Below, in pieces: positions 19,651 through 26,714 of a stretch of 64,000 nucleotides of DNA (the first letter of the stretch is position 1; the number at the start of each line of letters is the position of its first letter). This stretch comes from an uncultured Sulfolobales archaeon (GTDB lineage: Archaea > Thermoproteota > Thermoprotei_A > Sulfolobales > NBVN01): positions 76,720 through 140,719 of the forward strand of contig CALIKV010000010.1 of assembly GCA_938017505.1 (NCBI GenBank). Reading direction: 5' to 3'. Both the position numbers and the translations under genes were made by a program. The notes under the pieces are model-generated. The model searched no databases. It had not been told where the DNA came from and saw only the letters and a program-made list of their open reading frames with translations.

Positions 19651-21017
19651 ATGGAGAAAGTTGATATAATTGTGTATGGTAGGGCATGTAGTGACTTTAG
19701 ATCAAGTTAACCGAGTAATCTCTAAGGGTGCTGTAGTAGTTAAGGATGGTGTCATTATTGATGTAGGTGAGGAAGGAGACATACGCGGTAAGTATGAGGC
19801 GGAGGAACTAATTGAGAGAAAAGATCATGTAGTGATTCCTGGTTTGGTTGATTGTCATACTCACACACAACAGTACTTGCTTAGATCCGCCATAAATGAT
19901 GAAATGCTTCAACTACCTCCTGTCTGGACTAAGGTTTTGGTTCCTTTCGAGAGAATTATGGGAGAAGATCTAGCGAGGTTGTCGAGTAGAGCTAGCATAA
20001 TTAAATGCTGAAGAACTGAATTACGTACTTTGTTGAGGCTGGTGCTCCGTACCCCGAGATCTTGGCTGAGGAGGTTCTTGCTTCCGGTATTAAGGGTGTG
20101 GTTACTTACGCAACATGTGATATTGCTGAAGAGAAGGTCGCAGAGCCTGCAGAAGTGATTAAGAAGGTCGAGAGACTCCGCGGTATGTATAGTGGTCGCG
20201 GAACAAACCTCCGTGTGCGGGCTAGTTTAAGGCAGGTTATGATGGTTTCTGAGGAGTTGATGGAGGGAGTAATTGAGTTTAGTAGGGAGCATGGTTTGGG
20301 ACTTACTCTCCATCTTGGTGAGTATCGGGGGTGGACTACACACTCGCTAAGTATGGCTTGAGGCCTCTGGAATACTTAGTTAAGCGAGGGATTAAGGAGA
20401 TCAAGCCAGTCATCATAGCTCACGGCGTCTGCTTCTCGCCGAGGGAGGTGCACATACTTAAAGAACACGGACTCGGGCTCTGTTAGCGTCCCTCAGTCGA
20501 TTCATGGCTTATGGGCATACATTGAGTAGGGCTCACTGACTTAGAGGGTCTCAAGTTAGGTATTGGGAGTGATGGTGGTGCTTGGGGCGAGATAGACCTA
20601 CTACATGAAGCTAAGATCGCTAAAGCCTTAAGTAAAGCAGCAAGCACCTCAATCACCTACTACAAAGCAGGACTAGACTCAAACACTCTACTCAAAATAC
20701 TGACAGGATCTACAGGATCTTTAGTGAGTGAAAAAATCGGAAGACTCGAGAAAGGATATGCAGCAGACATAGCAGTACTGAACATAAAAGACGTTAAGAA
20801 CCTACCTATACACAACCCTGTAGATACCGTAATAAATTATCTCGATGGAGACAACGTCACAGACGTGATCGTTAATGGGAAACTAGTAATTGAGAATGGG
20901 AAAGTCAAGACTCTAGACGGGGAGAAAATCACAGAAGAACTACTGAACTGGGAAGAAGAAATAAAAGAAAAATTCAGTGAACTAGCAAAACAACTCAAAA
21001 CAAGCCACAATATCTAG
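19651..21017 (+). pseudogene. amidohydrolase (MtaD / chlorohydrolase-type deaminase) pseudogene with multiple frameshifts and in-frame stops
   Basis: - **Family homology is spread over all three frames.** The pieces are MEKVDIIVYG / HVVTLDQ..VVVKDGVIIDVG..IPGLVDCHTHTQQ / MLKN-TGA-ITYFVEAG / LTLHLGEY / LAKYGLRPLEYL..IIAHGV / GIGSDGG / GRLEKGYAADIAVLN.
- **Lesions:** there are at least 5 lesions.
- **Composition:** the segment is clearly AT-richer than its neighbours. Confidence 0.85.
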
Positions 21018-21077
21018 AATGCAAGACATTTAGGGAATGAATTTAAGTAAAGAGAGTGCGCTACTTAGAAAGTAATC

Positions 21078-21359
21078 CTACTTCTTCTGAAGTGATCGGT
21101 GTTTCCTAACTAGATCTCTCATGAACTTAAGGAATTCCTGTCTTGACGGGAAGTTTATCGCGCTGGCAGGACATATAGACTCGCAGGAGCTACAGCCAAT
21201 AACGCAGCTGTAAGGGTTCTTAACTACTGGATGTCCCCCATCAGCTTCGTAAACACTATTAGGGCACCAGCTGACACAAGATAAGCAACCAACGCATTTC
21301 TCGTAATCTATTGTTGGATACCACGGTATTTCCTCGCGTGGTATTCCGAGATAAGTCAA
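21078..21359 (-). CDS. 2x[4Fe-4S] ferredoxin-family protein
   Basis: Two CxxCxxCxxxCP clusters: CVGCLSCVSWCP and CVIGCSSCESICP. Length 93 aa. Confidence 0.85.
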   Translation of the reverse strand: MTYLGIPREEIPWYPTIDYEKCVGCLSCVSWCPNSVYEADGGHPVVKNPYSCVIGCSSCESICPASAINFPSRQEFLKFMRDLVRKHRSLQKK

Positions 21360-21370
21360 TTCCTACTCCC

Positions 21371-21754
21371 CTACACGCTAGAGCTGCTCATCACCTTACT
21401 AATTGCTTCTTCTACTTTCTTGATAGCGTCTTCAGTAGTCATATTCCTTAAATCTAGTGGAACTAGTTGCTTATCGATGTCAAGACCCTTCGATATGAAA
21501 GATTCCCTAAATAGTTTCCTCTGTAGTCGAGGATCGCAGGCACCAACGACGTATACTATATCCTTCCTACCATCCTTAAGTAAATCGTTTAAGAAGTTCT
21601 CACCATCCCCAACACATAGTTGCGGATGAACCACAGCATACTCAACATCAAGTTGTTCCCTAACGAAATTCACGAGCTGCCAGATATTTAGCTTCGCGAA
21701 ACCCGGGCAATCACCTCTGCATACGCAAAGGATAAACCTTGGTTTATCAACCAT
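21371..21754 (-). CDS. Cys-rich small redox-module protein resembling the non-FAD Cys-rich domain of HdrA-family proteins
   Basis: FILCVCRGDCPG...QLCVGDGENFL...VYVVGACDPRLQRKLFRE..GLD parallels, by memory, the HdrA-type block VC.CG.NI...MC.D.GQ..I...VVVAAC.PR....FR..GL. It is probably co-transcribed with the ferredoxin. Confidence 0.4.
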   Translation of the reverse strand: MVDKPRFILCVCRGDCPGFAKLNIWQLVNFVREQLDVEYAVVHPQLCVGDGENFLNDLLKDGRKDIVYVVGACDPRLQRKLFRESFISKGLDIDKQLVPLDLRNMTTEDAIKKVEEAISKVMSSSSV

Positions 21755-22424
21755 TCCGAACCCCCCAGCAACTGTAATGTAGGATTAATAAGCTTTTCAA
21801 TTAATTCATGAGCTTCAACCAACGTATCCTTGTGACATAAAACGGCATAGGAGGTGAAAATGGAATGCCAAACTCTATGTAAAGTAGTGGTTGGAGCCGA
21901 CTAAAGTGCCTCCGATGTTATAGAGGGTTAAAGGCTGGCTTTCAATGCTTGAAATGCTAATGCAGACTTGAATGCAGGCCTAATGAAGGACTGAGGAATG
22001 GCTGCTGGAGGAGATTTCGGATACTCAGTTAATGAGGCAGCAAATGAAGCGGGACTCTCCACCTACTTGCTTAAACGGATACCTTACACTCACCATAGAA
22101 TCAATTAAAAAAGCCATAGCTTCAGCAAAGAAGTAAATCCTGAAACATTTTTGATAAGCCCACTCTCACCCTTTTTAGGCGAGAGCTTAATCGGGACATA
22201 TCAAACATAAGGCCCAAAAGCACGAAGAGGAATGTTCCCAGTATGAATGAGATTTCGCGCGCGAAAATAGTGCTTAGTAGGCCTGTCGAATCGCTTTTCA
22301 ACTCGTCTACACAAGAGCTGATGAAGGCCTATGACGATAGGCCTCAAGCGGGGCAGCGCAGCCTAACTCCTAATGAAGCTCATTGTTGCCAAGCACCTTT
22401 GGAGCTTGATTCAGAACCCAAAAT

Positions 22425-22502
22425 TGGCGGGCCCGCCGGGATTTGAACCCGGGGTCTCCGGCTCCGGAGGCCGGCGCCTTATCCTGGCTAGGCCACGGGC
22501 CC
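22425..22502 (-). tRNA. tRNA-Arg (CCG), CCA encoded
   Basis: Reverse complement is GGGCCCG-TG-GCCT..AGGC-G-CCGGC-CTCCGGA-GCCGG-AGACC-CCGGG-TTCAAAT-CCCGG-CGGGCCC-G-CCA. The anticodon is CCG. Confidence 0.95.
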
Positions 22503-22564
22503 TCATTTAAATTATGCAGGCGGAAAATAATAGAATTTGGAATTCTGATATTATCTGGAGAGCG

Positions 22565-23014
22565 TTAATTAACTGCGGTGGTTGCGAGCTTCTTATTCCT
22601 GGCTTCCTTCAAGTATTGTATGGCGGCTGAGATGCTTCCTCTAGCCTCTATTAATGGACCCCACTTAACCCTGAATTTCTTAGGCGCTAGCGGTCTCACC
22701 CTCTTCTTAACCCTTCTAGGTACGTAGGAGCTCTCCATCTCTTTAAGACCGAATGTTCCATCAATCATTTCAGTGACAACGTCTCTCTCAATCAGCTTGA
22801 GCAACGCCTTCCTCAACCTATCCTCACCTACTAGCCCGCTTAACTCCCTCCTTAACTCCTTCCAAGCCAGCGGCCTCCCCTTACCCTTAATGATTAAAAC
22901 CACTAAATCCTCGAGCTCCTCATCGCTGGGAGCTCTCATAACTAATACTTCCTCGTCCTCATAAATAACTCTCGGCTTCTTACCTGTATCCTTAACCGTA
23001 TTAAGGTCTGCCAA
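22565..23014 (-). CDS. hypothetical winged-helix-like protein with basic C-terminal tail
   Basis: 149-aa ORF. The central region LAWKELRRELSGLVGEDRLRKALLKLIERDVV looks wHTH-like and the tail is Lys/Arg-rich. No family was recognised. Confidence 0.5.
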   Translation of the reverse strand: MADLNTVKDTGKKPRVIYEDEEVLVMRAPSDEELEDLVVLIIKGKGRPLAWKELRRELSGLVGEDRLRKALLKLIERDVVTEMIDGTFGLKEMESSYVPRRVKKRVRPLAPKKFRVKWGPLIEARGSISAAIQYLKEARNKKLATTAVN

Positions 23015-23135
23015 CCTTATCCCCTATATATATTGGACTTTGTTGCATATAAACCCGAAAAGTATTAACGACGCTAAAGAAAGCACGATATCGCCTCTGA
23101 AAGCCTTGCCACCAGGAAGGACGGCATGACTTAAG

Positions 23136-23507
23136 TTGATCTGCCAACCCTACCTTAGACGTAGGAGCAAGTGGCACTCCTTAAAAATAAACGATGAGCG
23201 AGAGTGTAGGTGGTGGTACTCAGTGAAGGTCTTAACGTTAGTTGCCGAGATCCCCCTGCAAATGAACGAAGCGTACATGCGTAAATTATTGAAGATCAAG
23301 AGCTACATTACGGAGGAGATAGGAGTTAACGTCTCTCTAGTTGTCATGTCGACTGACGACCAGCCTAAGTTAATAGTGTTCGACGAGATTATCAGCCTTA
23401 ACGAAAGCTTTACAAACATCGTTAAGGCGATAACACGGGGGCTAGCTGACAACATAGGCGATCCGAACTTCCTGGAGAAAGCTGTAGGAGGGGTTGAATC
23501 AAGTTAA
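23136..23507 (+). CDS. small hypothetical protein (probable start GTG 23223 or ATG 23262)
   Basis: The first 29 codons of the ORF overlap the TATA-like box and look non-coding. The downstream part, KVLTLVAEIPL...GVNVSLVVMSTDDQPKLIVFDEIISLNESF, is coding-like. Confidence 0.5.
   Translation: MICQPYLRRRSKWHSLKINDERECRWWYSVKVLTLVAEIPLQMNEAYMRKLLKIKSYITEEIGVNVSLVVMSTDDQPKLIVFDEIISLNESFTNIVKAITRGLADNIGDPNFLEKAVGGVESS
23181..23191 (+). promoter_or_regulatory. TATA-like box for the 23223 gene
   Basis: TTAAAAATAAA lies about 30-40 nt upstream of GTG 23223. Confidence 0.45.
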
Positions 23508-23580
23508 AACTGCTAATCACGTTACGTGAACTTCAGCAACATAACCCTGGCCAGTTCTCCGAAGCTACAAGATAATCAGG

Positions 23581-23976
23581 TTGAAGAAGCTCAAGACATC
23601 GATGGGGCTTAATCCCGTGCTCCGTCTCGAGCGTGTCATCCCTACCACGCACAGAGCGAGATTCGGGGTTATGAAGTCGTTATGGCTGAGTGTATCTCTT
23701 CGCTACTTACGCATATCTCGCCCATTATCGAGTATTAACTCTAATCTTGATATGGGTAGATTAGGGGGTATAGAAAGATATTCAAGGTCTTGGAGGTTCG
23801 CTGAGCATGTTAGGGGGTCTGTTGGAGAACATAGCAGGAAGGTTGAGAACATTACGTGGGGCCACATCCATGAACAGGAAGTACGATCTCATCACAGTGC
23901 TGGAGGGCTTAGAACTTTCAACGAATTAGTTAATCTTGTGACGGTTTTTTATGCAGGTTTATTAATTCTCACTTAA
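23581..23976 (+). CDS. doubtful ORF (Arg/Ser-rich, TTG start); region may be non-coding or an RNA gene
   Basis: This is the only ORF of 60 aa or more in a gap of about 490 bp. Its composition is unlike neighbouring genes, and a T6 run (23945-23950) lies inside its 3' end. Confidence 0.2.
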   Translation: MKKLKTSMGLNPVLRLERVIPTTHRARFGVMKSLWLSVSLRYLRISRPLSSINSNLDMGRLGGIERYSRSWRFAEHVRGSVGEHSRKVENITWGHIHEQEVRSHHSAGGLRTFNELVNLVTVFYAGLLILT

Positions 23977-24001
23977 TATACCCTTGGAAAGGTGTTGAAG
24001 A

Positions 24002-24709
24002 TTGGCCGTCGACGTGAGGTTAATGACTGTCGAGCTGCTTAAGGCTTATAAGAAGATTCTCAAGTATAAAGAGCTTGAGAACCTAACCGGTCTCTCCGCA
24101 CCTGGTTTATGGAGGTACATCAATAAACGTGTACGTCCTACAAAGGATAGGGCCGTAGAACTCTTTGAGATCCTTACTAGCCAGCAGGTGGTTGAGGAGA
24201 TTCTTAGGGGCAAGCTCATCGAGATAGACGAGAACTTGTTTAACTTATCGATGATCATTTACGAAGTGCCTATCCTGAAGATACTGTCCTACACGGCTTA
24301 CAGGGAGTTCCACCGTTACAACATAAACGCCGTGGTCACCGTTGAGGTTGACGGGATACCAATAGGCGTTATGATTGCTGACGCGCTTGAGTCAAAGTTA
24401 GTTATAGTTAGGAGGAGGCCTGAGATAGGCGTTAAGAAATATCACCAGGTCAGCTACATAGCGAGGGACCCGCCGGCAGTGGTCTCTCTCTTCATGCCTT
24501 CCGAGTCTCTTGAAGGAGGTGATCGCGTCCTAATAGTGGACGACCTGCTCAACAGCGGAAGGACTTCCTCAGCTCTCGTGAAGCTGATACGCATGACCGA
24601 CGCCGTGCCTGTAGGGCTCTTCTCAGTGGTTGCGATCGGCGAGAGGTGGCGTGAGCAACTGGAGAATGAAGTAGACAAGATCCACGTAGCTCTGAGGCTT
24701 AGTAGGTAG
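24002..24709 (+). CDS. phosphoribosyltransferase-domain protein with N-terminal HTH (PurR/GfcR-like putative regulator)
   Basis: The N-terminal HTH is LENLTGLSAPGLWRYINKRVRP. The C-terminal type-I PRT domain has the PRPP loop VLIVDDLLNSGRTSSA. Confidence 0.7.
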   Translation: MAVDVRLMTVELLKAYKKILKYKELENLTGLSAPGLWRYINKRVRPTKDRAVELFEILTSQQVVEEILRGKLIEIDENLFNLSMIIYEVPILKILSYTAYREFHRYNINAVVTVEVDGIPIGVMIADALESKLVIVRRRPEIGVKKYHQVSYIARDPPAVVSLFMPSESLEGGDRVLIVDDLLNSGRTSSALVKLIRMTDAVPVGLFSVVAIGERWREQLENEVDKIHVALRLSR

Positions 24710-24730
24710 AGATAGAATCACACGTGCTTA

Positions 24731-25639
24731 GTGTTCGGTATGTGCGAGGCAAGCACGCCCGAGGTCCTCGTTGACGTTTTCTCGGTCTCAATACTTATAG
24801 AGGCTTTGGCACCTTCGAAACTAAGCACCGTTAGCGGGTATAGAGGCGTTAAGGACTTGAACATAGTTCACTTCGCATACACCCCACACGTAATAAGACC
24901 TCCTTTAGAGAGAATAGTCGTCGACTCTTTAGAGGGTAGGGAGTTCACGCTAGGTAGACACTTGAGGGAGTACGCACTCCAAGCACTCAAGCACCCGTTA
25001 ATCAGAACCAACACTGCGTTCGGATACTTAATGCTTGCAATCCCGTTAGCCTACATCTTAGGTAGGGCTACTGTGTTTGGAGATGACTTGAAGTCAGCAA
25101 GAACGTTAGTCGACAAGTACTCGCCCTACGTAGTAGAGGGCTTAAGGAAGGAGGGTAGCGGCGACTTCTACTCAGCTCTAAAGATCGCCTCTATGAGGCA
25201 TATAGGCAATTACTTCGGGTCAATCCCGTCGGTAACGGAGGTGGATGAAGAGCTATTTAATAAAGTCACCCTATGGGACGTTCTAAGGGATTCAATGAAC
25301 ATAGATCTGGTAAGTCACGAGATAGTGACTGGGTTTAAGAGGGTCTTAGAGGTGTATGAGTACTTGAGCCTTATGGAAGGGCTTGAGGATCTCCTGATTA
25401 GAGTGGGTTCCGCGCACACAAAACTACTGGGGGAGTACATAGACACCCTGGTCCTAAAGAGCAGGGGTCTAAACGCTGCTCTAACCCTTAAACACCTCTC
25501 TAACCTGAGGATGGTGGTCAGCGACGAGACTTGGGCTGTAATAGACACGTACGTCAGGGAGCAGAAGCTAAACCCCGGCAGCATCTCCGATATAGTCGCT
25601 GCCGGTGTGGCGCTCTATCAAGTGAGGGGGCTATGTTAA
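24731..25639 (+). CDS. CitG/MdcB-family (triphosphoribosyl-dephospho-CoA synthase-like) protein, diverged
   Basis: Blocks are co-linear with CitG. LIEALAPSKLSTVSG aligns with E..LSPKPGLVD, RTNTAFGYLMLAIPLA with GVNTHKG.IF.LGLL, IDTLVLKSRG with GDTNV.SRGG, and LNPGSISDIVAAGVAL with LSPGGSADLL. The alignment was made by eye from memory. Confidence 0.55.
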   Translation: MFGMCEASTPEVLVDVFSVSILIEALAPSKLSTVSGYRGVKDLNIVHFAYTPHVIRPPLERIVVDSLEGREFTLGRHLREYALQALKHPLIRTNTAFGYLMLAIPLAYILGRATVFGDDLKSARTLVDKYSPYVVEGLRKEGSGDFYSALKIASMRHIGNYFGSIPSVTEVDEELFNKVTLWDVLRDSMNIDLVSHEIVTGFKRVLEVYEYLSLMEGLEDLLIRVGSAHTKLLGEYIDTLVLKSRGLNAALTLKHLSNLRMVVSDETWAVIDTYVREQKLNPGSISDIVAAGVALYQVRGLC

Positions 25640-26217
25640 GGGTTCTGAATGGAAGGATGGTAAAAACTAGGAAGGAGTTATCGGCGTTGATGGGTGAGGG
25701 GGTGGAAGCCTACGTATTCTTAGGAGGTCCCAGGCTCCCGTTAGGACACGTAAATGCGGTTCTCGGAAGCCCCTTCTACGTAGTCACGGGGAAATACGAT
25801 GATATATACGTAACTAAGGCGGCAAGGGATTTAGGCAGGTTGCTAGACGCTCGCGTCCTTGACCTCGGGAGGTATCACATGGTAGGCATCGGGGGTATAG
25901 ACCCTCATTACTGTGTATCTAAGGCCCTGAAGTTGTTGAGCGATATTGACACACGCGAAGTCCTGGTCTTCTCATACCTACCGGCAATGAATTGGTGTGA
26001 CCTCGTGCCGAGGTTAAATGTTAGAGCAGGGCTGCCGGAGCTCTCCGACTTTATTGAAAGAGTTAAGCCGAGGTTGTTCGTGAGTCTTGGGAGTGAGAGT
26101 TGCTGTAAGTTGAGTGGGGGTATCAAGGTAATCACAATGAGCGCGAGCGATACCTACCTAGACATAAACCTGGACTCAGACCTCCCTAGCCATGACCCAG
26201 GCGTCCTCACCGTCTAA
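25633..26217 (+). CDS. metallophosphoesterase-fold protein lacking canonical metal ligands
   Basis: The start ATG 25633 overlaps the upstream stop (ATGTTAA). The blocks are co-linear with metallophosphoesterases but substituted: VFLGG for GD, VTGKYDD for GN(H/C)D, GIGG for H, and VFSYLP for GH.H. Confidence 0.4.
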   Translation: MLRVLNGRMVKTRKELSALMGEGVEAYVFLGGPRLPLGHVNAVLGSPFYVVTGKYDDIYVTKAARDLGRLLDARVLDLGRYHMVGIGGIDPHYCVSKALKLLSDIDTREVLVFSYLPAMNWCDLVPRLNVRAGLPELSDFIERVKPRLFVSLGSESCCKLSGGIKVITMSASDTYLDINLDSDLPSHDPGVLTV

Positions 26218-26652
26218 GTAGTAGAACCTGATCCTCTGAACCTTCTTAAACCCTAGCTTCTCGTAGAGACTGATGGCGGGTTCGTTACTAACCCTGACCT
26301 CGAGATACACTTCACTCACCTTATAGAAGGCCTTCAACCTATTTAGCGCTTCAATCATTAAGGCACGTCCTATACCCCTACCTCTGTAGTCTGGATGGAC
26401 GGCGATGCTTATCACGTGCCCAACCTTCTTAAAGAGAGACTTATTTATGTAACCCAATCCCCTCTCAACCCGACACATGACATAGCCTACCACTAAGGAG
26501 TTTAGGTCGGCAACTAGGAAGGCCTCACCCCACATATCTAGATGATGCCTCCAAAAATCTTCCGGGTAATGCTCTCTAAGGGAGACCATGTTTATATTTA
26601 TGACAGCAGGTAAATCCTCCGCCCTCGCGATCCTTATTAGGGCCTCGTTCAT
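26176..26652 (-). CDS. rimI: GNAT N-acetyltransferase (RimI / archaeal Ard1-type protein N-terminal acetyltransferase)
   Basis: 158 aa. Acetyl-CoA motif YRGRGIGRALM and the RimI-like end YYLDGEDAWVM. Confidence 0.85.
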   Translation of the reverse strand: MNEALIRIARAEDLPAVININMVSLREHYPEDFWRHHLDMWGEAFLVADLNSLVVGYVMCRVERGLGYINKSLFKKVGHVISIAVHPDYRGRGIGRALMIEALNRLKAFYKVSEVYLEVRVSNEPAISLYEKLGFKKVQRIRFYYLDGEDAWVMAREV

Positions 26653-26714
26653 CGAAGCACCCGAAATTAATCACCGGTCTCAGTGTATTATATTAATTAA
26701 ATAACAGTAATTAA
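26653..26714. promoter_or_regulatory. AT-rich divergent promoter region (rimI-like / coaBC)
   Basis: GTGTATTATATTAATTAAATAACAGTAATTAA lies between two divergently oriented starts and contains several TATA-like elements. Confidence 0.5.

Noticed and set aside
22243-22446. A 67-codon ORF that runs into the 3' half of tRNA-Arg(CCG). It is reminiscent of the int(N) fragment left by SSV-type integrases, which partition on integration into tRNA genes.
   Set aside because: The frame hits a stop inside the T-loop (ATT TGA) after only 22 nt of tRNA sequence. The protein shows no integrase-like features. I found no int(C) partner and no direct repeat of the tRNA 3' half. It is kept only as context for the decayed-island finding.
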